Origin: an uncultured Gammaproteobacteria bacterium
GTDB taxonomy: Bacteria; Patescibacteriota; Patescibacteriia; XYB2-FULL-38-15
NCBI GenBank assembly: GCA_965231095.1
Contig: OZ246416.1
Coordinates: forward strand, 50,938 to 114,937
DNA: 64,000 nucleotides
Reading direction: 5' to 3'
The first letter of the stretch is position 1. Each line of letters begins with the position of its first letter. The notes under the pieces are model-generated. The model worked only from the letters and a program-made list of their open reading frames with translations. It was not told the DNA's origin and did not search any database. The position numbers and the translations under genes were made by a program. This document shows, in pieces, positions 50,609 to 60,599 of this stretch.

Positions 50609-50881
50609 TCAGGGTCGGGGGCAGTTCCGGACGACATGCATTCGCTTGCGCCTGGCGCGGGCGACGCCGTCCGTGTACTTCTTGCCCTTGCGTTCGGCGA
50701 AAGTGTGCATCGAGCAGTAGTGCCCGGTATTCCCGCTACGGAGAATCGTTCCACAGTCGGGTTCCTGGCATCGCCGCGGCTTGCCATCGTCGGTGCTCCG
50801 ACCGCTGTCGTGCACGTCGCCGAGCGAATTGGCGCCGACCGTGCCGGTACCCTGATCCATTCCGAGCGCGCTCCAGTCCAT
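50609..50881 (-). CDS. GC-rich island D gene 1: 90-aa Cys/His-cluster (zinc-ribbon-like) protein, possibly nucleic-acid binding
   Basis: ...RRCQEPDCGTILRSGNTGHYCSMHTF...; SD GGAGGAGGAAGG before ATG; 5' UTR hairpin ccttgcgt..acgcaagg. Confidence 0.55.
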   Translation of the reverse strand: MDWSALGMDQGTGTVGANSLGDVHDSGRSTDDGKPRRCQEPDCGTILRSGNTGHYCSMHTFAERKGKKYTDGVARARRKRMHVVRNCPRP

Positions 50882-51004
50882 CCTTCCTCCTCCTCAACCT
50901 TCCCTATTATCAACTCGTCCTGTCCACCAGGCCGAGGCTTAGGGCCACCTTCCTTGCGTTTTGACGCGTGCCAATAACGCAAGGCCACCCTGTTTGTTGA
51001 TTTT

Positions 51005-51065
51005 AGAATATAATAAAAAGCTTAATTTGTCAACCCCTTGACAAATTTTAAGATTGTGGTAGAGT
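51005..51065. promoter_or_regulatory. divergent sigma70-type promoter pair with palindromic overlapping -35 boxes (TTGTCAAccccTTGACAA)
   Basis: Plus: TTGACA(51038-43)-N16-TAGAGT(51060-65). Minus: TTGACA-N16-TATTCT (plus agaata 51005-10). Perfect inverted repeat ttgtcaa/ttgacaa around cccc. Confidence 0.55.
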
Positions 51066-51071
51066 GTTCTG

Positions 51072-51388
51072 TAGGGTAATGGGGAGTCCTGTTTGGTTGA
51101 TGCCGGCAGCGCACCGGCGTCGTGGGCAGTCATTTTTTGCTTCACTCTGAATCCGGAACCCTTGGCTGGTGAACAGCGCGTTGTAGCGCGGCTGGCCTTG
51201 TGGCGAAGGACCCACGGAGTGGCCCGACAGGAACCCGGTTCGCGAGCTGCCCGTTAAGCAGACGTGGGCTGAAATCTCCCCAGCGCATCTGATCCTCCAA
51301 GTCCGCTTCGGCGGGCACGGAGGTCACCATTCTTTGCACACCGCTGCATTTCGCGTTGTGCCCGTCGGTCGAACACCCTGTTCGACCG
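51072..51388 (+). ncRNA. candidate ~320-nt GC-rich structured non-coding RNA of unknown class, driven by the island D plus-strand promoter and ending in a strong intrinsic terminator
   Basis: No plus-strand ORF with SD; CCGCuucgGCGG UUCG tetraloop hairpin, several GC stems; terminator GTCGGTCGAACaccctGTTCGACCGACtctttttt at 51354-51388. Confidence 0.45.
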
Positions 51389-51394
51389 ACTCTT

Positions 51395-51418
51395 TTTTAT
51401 ATAAAAAACCGGCCTTGC
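51395..51418 (-). terminator. intrinsic terminator of prfA
   Basis: Minus strand CCGGCCgcaaGGCCGGtttttt, preceded by cccgactaaagtcggg hairpin. Confidence 0.6.
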
Positions 51419-51489
51419 GGCCGGAGGGAACGGAGTCCCGACTTTAGTCGGGTTATACATTGCCCACCCTGAAGAGTGGACTCCAAAAT

Positions 51490-52530
51490 TTAGTTTATAT
51501 CTTTTTTCAATACCTCAATAATTCCGTCCAATTCGCCGTCCATTACGTTATTAATATTGTGCCAACTTTCTTTTACCCGATGATCGGAAACGCGGTCTTG
51601 GGGAAAATTGTAAGTTCTGATTTTTTCCGCGCGCATGGCCGAACCGATTTGCGAACGCCGCGACGCAACTTCTGCCGCCTGGCGTTTTTCTTGTTCCATG
51701 GCAAAAAGACGGGCGCGCAAAACCTGCATGGCTTTTTCCCGGTTTTGCTGCTGCGATCGTTCGTCTTGGCAGGCGACAACAAGCCCGGTTGGAAGATGCG
51801 TAATTCTTACGGCCGAATATGTTGTTTGCACGCTTTGTCCGCCGTGGCCGCCGGATAAAAATGTATCAATGCGCAAATCCTTTGGTTCAATTTTTATATC
51901 AATTTCTTCGGCTTCGGGAAGTACGGCGACCGAGGCGGTTGAGGTATGAACCCGTCCGCTTTTTTCCGTGTCCGGAACGCGCTGAACGCGGTGCACGCCG
52001 CTTTCAAATTTTAAATTTCCCCAGGCGCCTTTTCCAATGACGGAAAAAATAATTTCTTTAAAACCGCCGAGGTCAGTGCGGCTTGAGGATATTAATCTTG
52101 TCTGCCAACCTTTCCATTCGGCAAACATGGAATACATTCTGAATAATTGCGCGGCAAAAAGCGCGGCCTCGTCTCCGCCCGCGCCGGCCCGGATTTCCAC
52201 AATAATATTTCTTTTGTCCAGCGGATCTTTTGGCGTCAGCTCTTCTTTGATTTCTATTTCAAGCGCTGCCTTATCTTGCCGAATTTTTTCCAACTCATCT
52301 TTCGCGATGGCGACCAGTTCCGGAACATTTTGTTTTGCGACTGTTTCTGTGTCGGCTTCTTCTTTTTCCCATTTATGAAATTTTTTTATTTTTTCCATCA
52401 CGTCTTTTATCTCGCTGTATTCACGGGAAACGGTTTTTAATTTTTCCGGATTAGAAACCACCTCGGGGCGGGCAAGTTCCGCTTCGAGTTCGGCAAAACG
52501 TTTTTCAGCTTTTTGGATTTCCGGGAGCAT
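51490..52530 (-). CDS. prfA: peptide chain release factor 1
   Basis: GGQ motif [12 protein letters not shown], PxT-type recognition motif RVPDTE, RF-1 size 346 aa; normally directly upstream of prmC. Confidence 0.85.
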   Translation of the reverse strand: MLPEIQKAEKRFAELEAELARPEVVSNPEKLKTVSREYSEIKDVMEKIKKFHKWEKEEADTETVAKQNVPELVAIAKDELEKIRQDKAALEIEIKEELTPKDPLDKRNIIVEIRAGAGGDEAALFAAQLFRMYSMFAEWKGWQTRLISSSRTDLGGFKEIIFSVIGKGAWGNLKFESGVHRVQRVPDTEKSGRVHTSTASVAVLPEAEEIDIKIEPKDLRIDTFLSGGHGGQSVQTTYSAVRITHLPTGLVVACQDERSQQQNREKAMQVLRARLFAMEQEKRQAAEVASRRSQIGSAMRAEKIRTYNFPQDRVSDHRVKESWHNINNVMDGELDGIIEVLKKDIN

Positions 52531-52605
52531 AATTTAAATATTAGTTTATTCTAACATAAAAACATGATAACAAAAACGTCACCATGTTTTTTATGATTGG
52601 AATAG

Positions 52606-52863
52606 CTACTTTGTTTTTTTCGCTCTCGGTTTCTTTTCTTTTTTTGTTGCCGCCATAGACGCCTTCTTTTCCATTTTTTCTTTGAATTTTTCCACGCGTC
52701 TGGCCGAATCAACTAATTTCTGTTTGCCGGTGTAGAACGGATGGCAGGCAGAACACAACTCAACCTTTATTTCTTTTAAGGTTGAGCCGACGGTAAAAGC
52801 GTTGCCGCAGGCGCAAGTCACTTTTGCTTTTGGATAATATTCTGGGTGAATTTCTTTTTTCAT
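52606..52863 (-). CDS. rpmE: 50S ribosomal protein L31
   Basis: [23 protein letters not shown]...[10 protein letters not shown]. Confidence 0.9.
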   Translation of the reverse strand: MKKEIHPEYYPKAKVTCACGNAFTVGSTLKEIKVELCSACHPFYTGKQKLVDSARRVEKFKEKMEKKASMAATKKEKKPRAKKTK

Positions 52864-52925
52864 AAAATAGATTATTTATTTACATTAATCTTAATTTAAC
52901 ATAAGGCCGTGAGTTTGGCAAGGGG

Positions 52926-52956
52926 TTGACAAAATTACGGGGTGGAGTAATAAGAT
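52926..52956 (+). promoter_or_regulatory. sigma70-type promoter of island E (TTGACA ... TAAGAT)
   Basis: ggggTTGACAaaattacggggtggagtaaTAAGATgag. Confidence 0.5.
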
Positions 52957-52987
52957 GAGTAGGGGTTGCCACAAAAGGAGGTGTTCT

Positions 52988-53224
52988 ATGGCAAGAAGAA
53001 GTTGGAGTTTCGAGCATCGGGGTACGGAAGGCGTCATCAAGACGCCTGACGGGGAGCACGTCGTCCATTCCAAAGAGGAGGCCAAGCGGCACTTGCAAGA
53101 GGGTGCACACCTGAAATATATCAGCTCTTCGATTGCCGGCCCTACCCTCGCGGAGCGGGACGAGGCCAGGGAATGGAGAGAGGCGGTGAGGCAGGTCAAT
53201 GAGTCCAGCCTTCCCGACAAGTAG
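52988..53224 (+). CDS. GC-rich island E: hypothetical 78-aa protein
   Basis: MARRSWSFEHRGTEGVIKTPDGEHVVHSKEEAKRHLQEG...; SD aaaGGAGGtgttctATG; terminator 53233-53285 with nested tccga-gaaa-tcgga hairpin. Confidence 0.55.
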   Translation: MARRSWSFEHRGTEGVIKTPDGEHVVHSKEEAKRHLQEGAHLKYISSSIAGPTLAERDEAREWREAVRQVNESSLPDK

Positions 53225-53232
53225 TCGGACAT

Positions 53233-53285
53233 CGGTTGTGTTGGTCGGCAGGAAATCCGAGAAATCGGAGAGTACTGCCGGCCGT
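53233..53285 (+). terminator. intrinsic terminator of island E with nested GAAA-tetraloop hairpin
   Basis: GTCGGCAGgaaaTCCGAgaaaTCGGAgagtaCTGCCGGCcgttttttt. Confidence 0.6.
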
Positions 53286-53621
53286 TTTTTTATTTTCAAA
53301 AATCTCTCCCCCTCCTTTCGAAGGAGGGGTTAGGGGTGGTTTTTAAAAACTCCCACCCCACCTAACCTCCCCTCGGGCAGGGGAGGAATATTGAGCATTT
53401 GCCCTTGCCCCCACACCAATTTCAGCGAGGCCATTTTTATCCGAGTTTAAAATAAAAAAATTGGTGTGGGGGCTTGCATTATTTTTGCTTTTGTGTAAAA
53501 ATAGATGAAAGTCATTTATTAATAGTAATCCCACATGTTTTGCCTTTAAAACTTGTTCCTGATCCCCGCCACTGCGGGGACCCGCAAGTTTTGGCAAAAC
53601 AGAGGTTAAAAAGGAAAATTT

Positions 53622-54407
53622 ATGCCAGAGATCCCAACAATGTTGGAAATGCTCCAGGCCGGTGTTCATTTTGGACACAAGGCCTCAAAGTGGCATCCGA
53701 AAATGAAGCCGTTTATTTTTGGAGAACGGAGCGAGGTCCACATCATCAACTTAGAAGAAACGGCGAAAAAATTAAAAGAAGCGTTAGAATTTGTCAGAAA
53801 AACAACAGCCGCGGGCGGAGTTGTTCTTTTTGTCGGTTCAAAAGAGCAAGCCAAAGAAATTGTGAAGCGCCACGCAAAAGACGCCGGCATGCCTTATGTT
53901 ACGACTCGTTGGCTCGGCGGAACTTTTACAAATTTTAAAACTATCAAGAGTGTGACTGATCGGTTTACTGATTTAAAAAACAAAACAGCGACCGGCGGAC
54001 TCGCGAAGTACACCAAAAAAGAGCAGTTGAATTTCCAAAAAGAAATTGTGAAATTGGAAGAATTGGTTGGCGGCATTGAAACTTTAAAGAAATTGCCGGA
54101 AGCGATTTTTGTCGTTGACGTCAGGGCGGAAAAAACCGCGGTGGCCGAAGCGAGAAATAGAAAAGTTCCGGTGGTCGCTCTTTGCGATACAAATATTAAT
54201 CCGGAAGATGTTGATTATCCGGTTCCTTCAAACGATGACGCGGTAAAAGCGATTGAAATGATGGTGGGACTTTTCGCCGCGGTCGCGAAAGAGGGAAAAG
54301 CGGAGTTTGAATCAAAAAGAGGCGCGGCTCCGGCTGCGGAAAAACCGGCGGCTCCAACTCCAACTCCGGCTCCGGTTACGGAGGTGAAAGAGGAAGAGAA
54401 AAAATAA
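53622..54407 (+). CDS. rpsB: 30S ribosomal protein S2
   Basis: MLEMLQAGVHFGHKASKWHPKM...; Pro/Ala-rich C-terminal tail. Confidence 0.9.
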   Translation: MPEIPTMLEMLQAGVHFGHKASKWHPKMKPFIFGERSEVHIINLEETAKKLKEALEFVRKTTAAGGVVLFVGSKEQAKEIVKRHAKDAGMPYVTTRWLGGTFTNFKTIKSVTDRFTDLKNKTATGGLAKYTKKEQLNFQKEIVKLEELVGGIETLKKLPEAIFVVDVRAEKTAVAEARNRKVPVVALCDTNINPEDVDYPVPSNDDAVKAIEMMVGLFAAVAKEGKAEFESKRGAAPAAEKPAAPTPTPAPVTEVKEEEKK

Positions 54408-54536
54408 TTCAATTGAAGTAATTAGTAATTGGTAATTAGTGCAGAACCACCCCCAACCCCCTCCTTCTAAAGGAGGGGAAAATGGTGGTTGAAATTACTC
54501 GTTGCCCGTTACGCGTTACTCGTTACTTATAAACAT

Positions 54537-55127
54537 ATGGGGGTAGATTCAAAATTAGTCATGCAACTTCGAGAACAAACCGGCGCGGGAATTGTTGAAT
54601 GTAAAAATGCCTTAGATGAGGCGGGCGGAGATATTCTAAAAGCGATTGAAGTTTTAAGAAAAAAAGGTGAAATAAAAGCGGCGAAAAAATCGGCGGAACG
54701 GACAGCCAAGGAAGGTTTAATCCATGCTTACGTCCACGCCAATGGAAAAGTCGGAGCAATGGTTGAAATAAGTTGTGAAACAGATTTTGTGGCGCGCACC
54801 GAAGAATTCCAAGCGTTGGTTCATGATATTGCCATGCAAGTCGCGGCGACGAATCCATTGTATGTAAAACCGGAAGACGTGCCGGAAGAAGTGGTTGCCA
54901 AAGAAAAAGAAATGTATCTTGAAGAAGTGCAGGGACAGGAAAAACCGCCAGCGGTCATAGAAAAAATTTTAGAGGGAAAATTGGAAAAATATTTTGAAGA
55001 CATTTGTCTTACCAAACAGCCGTTCGTGAAAGACGAAGATACTACGATTGAAGAATTGGTAAATCAAAAAATCGCCAAGATCGGAGAGAAGATTGAAATA
55101 AAAAGATTTGTAAGATTCCAAATATAA
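54537..55127 (+). CDS. tsf: elongation factor Ts (start at internal Met; track ORF begins earlier in a GC-rich repeat)
   Basis: LVMQLREQTGAGIVECKNAL UBA-like N-terminus typical of EF-Ts. Confidence 0.85.
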   Translation: MGVDSKLVMQLREQTGAGIVECKNALDEAGGDILKAIEVLRKKGEIKAAKKSAERTAKEGLIHAYVHANGKVGAMVEISCETDFVARTEEFQALVHDIAMQVAATNPLYVKPEDVPEEVVAKEKEMYLEEVQGQEKPPAVIEKILEGKLEKYFEDICLTKQPFVKDEDTTIEELVNQKIAKIGEKIEIKRFVRFQI

Positions 55128-55133
55128 GCCGCT

Positions 55134-55925
55134 ATGAAAATTGTTGAAGTCCAATTCACGCCCTGGGGGAGAATTTACGATTTTGACGCCGGGGAGATTA
55201 ATTTCTCAGTGGGTGATTTTGTGGTGGTGAAAACCGATTTGGGAGTGGAGATAGGAAAGGTGGTTGGCACGAAAGAATTTAACGCGAAAGAAATTGAAGC
55301 GGCGAAAATTGAAATCAAACCGATTTTCAGAAAAGCCAGCACGGCCGACATGATAAAATTTAAAGAAAAAGAAGATCAGAAAAAAGAGGCGCTCGCGGTT
55401 TGCAAACAATTAGTTAAAAAATATAATTTGCCGATAAAATTAATTGACGCTCACTTTTCTTTTGACGGTGGGCGTCTTACTTTTGCTTTTGTGGCCGACG
55501 GGCGAGTTGATTTCCGCGACTTGGTAAAAGATTTAACCAAAAATTTTCAAAAATCAATCAGGCTTCAGCAATTGGGAATTCGTGATGAAGCGAAAATTTC
55601 CGGCGACGTCGGAGCTTGCGGCAGAAATCTTTGCTGCCAAAAATTTAAAAAAGATTTGGGAAATATTTCTTCGGATTTGGCCGATCTCCAGCAAATCGCC
55701 CATCGCGGGAGCGATCGGCTGACCGGAGTTTGTGGCCGGCTGATGTGCTGTTTGGCCTACGAGCAAAAAAATTATGAAGAAGCGGTGAAAAAACTTCCGC
55801 CGATTGGCACAAGTGTCCGGACCGACCGCGGCCGGGGAAAAATAATCGGCTGGCATACCCTAAAACAGTCAGTTGTAGTAAAATTAGATGAAGGGACGAT
55901 AATTGAGGTGCAGATAAAAAAATAA
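55134..55925 (+). CDS. PSP1 C-terminal domain protein (RicT/YaaT-like)
   Basis: MKIVEVQFTPWGRIYDFDAGEINFSVGDFVVVKTDLGVEIGKVVG; Cys cluster CGRNLCCQ...CGRLMCC. Confidence 0.7.
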   Translation: MKIVEVQFTPWGRIYDFDAGEINFSVGDFVVVKTDLGVEIGKVVGTKEFNAKEIEAAKIEIKPIFRKASTADMIKFKEKEDQKKEALAVCKQLVKKYNLPIKLIDAHFSFDGGRLTFAFVADGRVDFRDLVKDLTKNFQKSIRLQQLGIRDEAKISGDVGACGRNLCCQKFKKDLGNISSDLADLQQIAHRGSDRLTGVCGRLMCCLAYEQKNYEEAVKKLPPIGTSVRTDRGRGKIIGWHTLKQSVVVKLDEGTIIEVQIKK

Positions 55926-56000
55926 GAGAATAGTTTCGTTTCGTGATTTTAATAGATTTTAATATTATATTTTGAAGACATAACCTGTTTTCAAAAATAG

Positions 56001-57020
<1,020 letters not shown>

Positions 57021-57042
57021 GATTTTTGATTTAAGATTTTAG

Positions 57043-57078
57043 ATTAAAATATAGAGCCAGCCCCGCCATGGCGGGGCT
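57043..57078 (+). terminator. intrinsic terminator after gap
   Basis: GCCAGCCCCGCCatgGCGGGGCTGGCttttattt. Confidence 0.7.
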
Positions 57079-57139
57079 GGCTTTTATTTATAATGCCTTC
57101 ATGTTAAAATGTTATAATGATTAAATGTTTTAATAGGGT

Positions 57140-57754
57140 ATGTTTTATCGCGCGATGAGAATTATTTTTTGGTTGGCCTTTTGCGTGGCTTTGGCGGCGG
57201 CGGCGTTTTATGGCTGGCAAGGAAATATTTTTTTGTTAAATAGTTTTGTTCTGGGAGCCTTGGCCTTACTTTTCCTTTATTTTTTACAAAAATCGGCGTT
57301 CGTTAGAAAATATTATAATGATAATTTTGGGGATACTTTGCTCGGGCTTGGCGGTTTGATTTTTTTAACAACCTCGCTTGGCACTTTTTATTTTTATCAT
57401 TACATAAAATTTTTTGAATACGATTTAATCGCCCACACGGTTATTCCGGCTTCTTTTGTAATTATGGGGGCGATGGCGTACGAAATCTTAAAAATAAAAA
57501 ATGGCGCGCCGAAAAAAATTGAAGCAATTTTGATCAGCGGAATTTTGGTTTTGTTGTTATCATTTTTTTGGGAACTTTTTCAGGAGCAGGGGGATATTTG
57601 GTGGGGGACGCGGATGTTTTTTGATTCCAACCAGCCGATCGCCGTTGACGTGGCAAATGATTTAGCGGCTGATACCTTTGGAGTTTTTGTCGGTTGTGTT
57701 TTGATTTTTAAAAATTGGGAGGGGTGGAATAAAAAGTGGCTCAAAAATAGTTAG
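57140..57754 (+). CDS. hypothetical integral membrane protein
   Basis: 204 aa, ~6 TM helices. Confidence 0.5.
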   Translation: MFYRAMRIIFWLAFCVALAAAAFYGWQGNIFLLNSFVLGALALLFLYFLQKSAFVRKYYNDNFGDTLLGLGGLIFLTTSLGTFYFYHYIKFFEYDLIAHTVIPASFVIMGAMAYEILKIKNGAPKKIEAILISGILVLLLSFFWELFQEQGDIWWGTRMFFDSNQPIAVDVANDLAADTFGVFVGCVLIFKNWEGWNKKWLKNS

Positions 57755-57847
57755 CGGGCGACGGTCAACAGTTAACAGTAATAAATATAGAGCGGGTTTT
57801 ATGCCCGCCTTTTTTGTGTTATAATGTTTTAATGTTAAAACGATTTT

Positions 57848-58813
57848 ATGACTCATAGCGAGTTGCAAAAATTTGTCGGATTTTTGATGAAGCGCGGTTA
57901 TATTGTGTGGGCGCCGGAAAAACGGCCGGAGGAAGTGGTCTACGCGAAAGTGGAAGACGCTACAAAAGTGAAATTGATTTCCGAGCCGCCGCTGCATTCG
58001 TTCAAGAGATTTTTAGTTCCGCCCGAGGAAACGCTTTTTGAATATAAAAAAGATAAAATGAGTGAAGCGCGGGAGAAGGGAGGGCAGGTAATTTTTGGTA
58101 TTAATCCGGTGGATTTAAAAGCGGTGGTAATGCTGAATCAAATTTTTGAGCGCGATCCGTGGTACCAAGAAAGAATGCGGCGGACGTTAATTATCGGCCA
58201 GAGTTTGATTCCGGAAGATGCCGAGCAAAATCTTTTCCAAATTAAATACGAAGAAGATATTTTGGAACATTTGCAATTTGATATTTTTTTGGAGGTGCAG
58301 AAAAATAAATATTTTGTTTTTACCGGTTCGGAAGAAGGGCAGAAAATTTTGGAAAAATTCGGGTACAAAGATTATGAGCATGTTGCCTACGCCGGCCCGA
58401 TTAAAGAAAGTGGGTTGGATCCCATGATGGTGAAATATCGCGACGCACTCCGGAAAAATTATAAAAAAGAAATTTGGGAGGAAGATGTTGGCGCGCGTTG
58501 CATTGAATGCGGGAAATGTACTTTAATTTGTCCGACTTGTTTTTGTTTTGATATGAAAGATCAGCCGGATCTCGTGGGCGACGGGGGAACGAGAAAACGG
58601 ACGTGGGGCGCCTGTTTTTATAATGATTTCTCAGAAGTCGCTGGCGGACATAAATTTTTGAAGACGACGGCGGAGAGAATTCATTTTTGGTATTATCATA
58701 AATTTGTTCGGATTCCCGACCAGATTCAGATTATGGGTTGCGTCGGCTGCGGGCGATGCGCGAAAGTTTGCCCCGTGAATATTAATATTTTTAAAGTGCT
58801 GGCGGCGTTATGA
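57848..58813 (+). CDS. sulfhydrogenase (group 3b [NiFe]-hydrogenase) beta subunit-like 4Fe-4S protein
   Basis: CIECGKCTLICPTCFC and CVGCGRCAKVCPVNI ferredoxin-type cluster motifs; operon context with gamma, delta, alpha subunits. Confidence 0.7.
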   Translation: MTHSELQKFVGFLMKRGYIVWAPEKRPEEVVYAKVEDATKVKLISEPPLHSFKRFLVPPEETLFEYKKDKMSEAREKGGQVIFGINPVDLKAVVMLNQIFERDPWYQERMRRTLIIGQSLIPEDAEQNLFQIKYEEDILEHLQFDIFLEVQKNKYFVFTGSEEGQKILEKFGYKDYEHVAYAGPIKESGLDPMMVKYRDALRKNYKKEIWEEDVGARCIECGKCTLICPTCFCFDMKDQPDLVGDGGTRKRTWGACFYNDFSEVAGGHKFLKTTAERIHFWYYHKFVRIPDQIQIMGCVGCGRCAKVCPVNINIFKVLAAL

Positions 58814-59622
58814 AAAATCCATATCAAACAGAGTCCGTAAAAATTTTAAAGATTGAGGACGAAGGTTCGCGTTCTCGGCTTTTTACGCTCGCCGCGCCGC
58901 GCGGATTTAAGGTTAAAAGTGGACAGTTCGTGGAAATTTCTTTGCCGGGATTTGGCGAGGCGCCGATTTCACTTTGTTCTGATCCGTTGGAAAAAAATAA
59001 ATTTGAATTGTGCGTCCGAAAAGCGGGAATGGTGACGGGCGCTCTGCACAAAATGAAAGTTGGCGACAAAGTCGGAGTGCGCGGCCCGTACGGCCGGCCG
59101 TTTCCGGTGGAACTTGGAAAAAAAAGAAATTTACTTTTGGTGGCCGGCGGATTGGGTTTGGAACCATTACGTCCAGCGATTTGGGAAATTATGAAAAACC
59201 GCGAGCAGTTTCAAAAAGTCCAAATTTTTTACGGCGCTTGCGACGAGAATGATTTGCTTTTTGCGAAAAATTACGACGAGTGGAAGAAAAAAATTGATTT
59301 ACATATTACCCTTGATAAACCAAGGGGCGGCAAAACTCCGGTGGCTTGCGGCACGGGCGTTGTCACCACACTTTTTGATCACGTAAAACTTTATAAAAAA
59401 CCGGTGGCGTTTTTGTGCGGTCCGCCCGTGATGTATAGATTTGTCATTAAAAAATTAAAAGAATTAAATTTTGAAGATAGCGATATATATTTATCGCTCG
59501 AGCGGCGGATGCATTGCGGCATCGGCGTTTGTAATCACTGCGCCGTCGGGAGTTTTTTTGTCTGCCAGGACGGTCCGGTTTTTTCTTGGGCGGAATTGAA
59601 AGATATTCGCGGCGCGATATAA
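58810..59622 (+). CDS. sulfhydrogenase gamma subunit-like FAD/NAD(P)-binding oxidoreductase with C-terminal 2Fe-2S motif
   Basis: Ferredoxin-NADP reductase-like fold, C-terminal CGIGVCNHCAV. Confidence 0.7.
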   Translation: MKNPYQTESVKILKIEDEGSRSRLFTLAAPRGFKVKSGQFVEISLPGFGEAPISLCSDPLEKNKFELCVRKAGMVTGALHKMKVGDKVGVRGPYGRPFPVELGKKRNLLLVAGGLGLEPLRPAIWEIMKNREQFQKVQIFYGACDENDLLFAKNYDEWKKKIDLHITLDKPRGGKTPVACGTGVVTTLFDHVKLYKKPVAFLCGPPVMYRFVIKKLKELNFEDSDIYLSLERRMHCGIGVCNHCAVGSFFVCQDGPVFSWAELKDIRGAI

Positions 59623-59659
59623 ACCTGACAATTAACAGTTGACAATTAACAATTAACAG

Positions 59660-60565
59660 TTGACTATGAAAAATAAAGGATATTTTTTGGTTTTAGGAAC
59701 GGCGATAATTTCCGGCGTTTCTATTTTTGTAAATCAGTTTGGCGTTAAAGTTATCAATTCGGATATTTTTACCGGTTTGAAAAATATAGTGGTGGCCGTA
59801 ATTTTGTTGTGTCTTATTTTTTGGTTTAAAGAATGGAAGTTATTGGCAAAATTAAAAATCAAGGAATGGCTGACTTTGGTTTTAATCGGTTTGGTCGGCG
59901 GCAGCATTCCGTTTTTACTTTTCTTCAAGGGCCTGGCCGCGACAAGCGGAGCGAGCACGTCTTTTATTCATAAAACTTTATTTATTTATGTAATAATTTT
60001 GGCGGCGCTGTTTTTGAAAGAAAAAATAAGTAAAAATTTAGCGATCGGCGCGGCCTTGCTTTTGCTCGGCAATGTGGCGCTCTTGAAAATTTTTAATGGA
60101 TTTCAATTCGGTTATGGCGAGTTATTGGTTTTGTTTGCTACGCTGTTTTGGGCGGCGGAACAAATTATTTCTAAGCGGGCGCTTCAAGATATTTCTCCGA
60201 AAATTGTCGCTTGGGGCAGAATGTTTTTCGGATTTTTATTTATTTTTATTTTTTGGGCGGCGACGGGTCAGTTGAAATTGCTGGGCGGGGTGGGAGCGGC
60301 GGAATTAAGTTGGGTTTGGATTACAGCCGTTTTTCTTTTAGGCTATGTTTTAACTTGGTATTCTGGCTTGAAATATATAAAAGTTTCAACCGCGGCGTGT
60401 ATTTTATCTTTAGGCGCGCCAATTACCAGCTTGCTTGAAATGGCGCAAAAAGGAATTTTTGATTGGCAGATTTTTCTCGGGAGTTTGTTGATGTTTGCGG
60501 GAGTAATTTTAGCGGTAGATTTATTTTCACGGATTAAAATGGCGGCAACAAACGCGATCCGTTAA
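59660..60565 (+). CDS. EamA/DMT superfamily transporter, flanked by ~35-bp inverted repeats
   Basis: 10 TM helices in two EamA-like halves; flanking caattaacagttgacaattaac (59629-59663) and its reverse complement (60561-60597). Confidence 0.65.
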   Translation: MTMKNKGYFLVLGTAIISGVSIFVNQFGVKVINSDIFTGLKNIVVAVILLCLIFWFKEWKLLAKLKIKEWLTLVLIGLVGGSIPFLLFFKGLAATSGASTSFIHKTLFIYVIILAALFLKEKISKNLAIGAALLLLGNVALLKIFNGFQFGYGELLVLFATLFWAAEQIISKRALQDISPKIVAWGRMFFGFLFIFIFWAATGQLKLLGGVGAAELSWVWITAVFLLGYVLTWYSGLKYIKVSTAACILSLGAPITSLLEMAQKGIFDWQIFLGSLLMFAGVILAVDLFSRIKMAATNAIR

Positions 60566-60599
60566 CTGTCAACTGTTAATTGTTAACTGTTTATTTACC

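Noticed and set aside
50489-50988. Multiple overlapping six-frame ORFs on both strands (162, 127, 131 aa)
   Set aside because: Long open frames are expected by chance in ~65% GC sequence. Only the 50609..50881 minus-strand ORF has a strong SD, promoter and terminator; the others lack start contexts and overlap it.
51142-51460. Minus-strand ORFs of 65 and 68 aa inside the ncRNA region
   Set aside because: Arg/Pro-rich low-complexity translations typical of GC-rich non-coding DNA. No SD; they run antisense through terminator hairpins.
51061-51480. RNase P RNA or tmRNA identity for the GC-rich non-coding stretch of island D
   Set aside because: Only fragmentary resemblance to conserved RNase P elements. 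The P4-like strings lie on opposite strands, and there is no CR-IV (AGGGUGAAA..GGUGCGGUAAGAGCGCACC) equivalent. No tRNA-like 3' end with T-arm plus CCA and no tag-peptide ORF ending in AA for tmRNA. Kept as an unclassified sRNA candidate instead.
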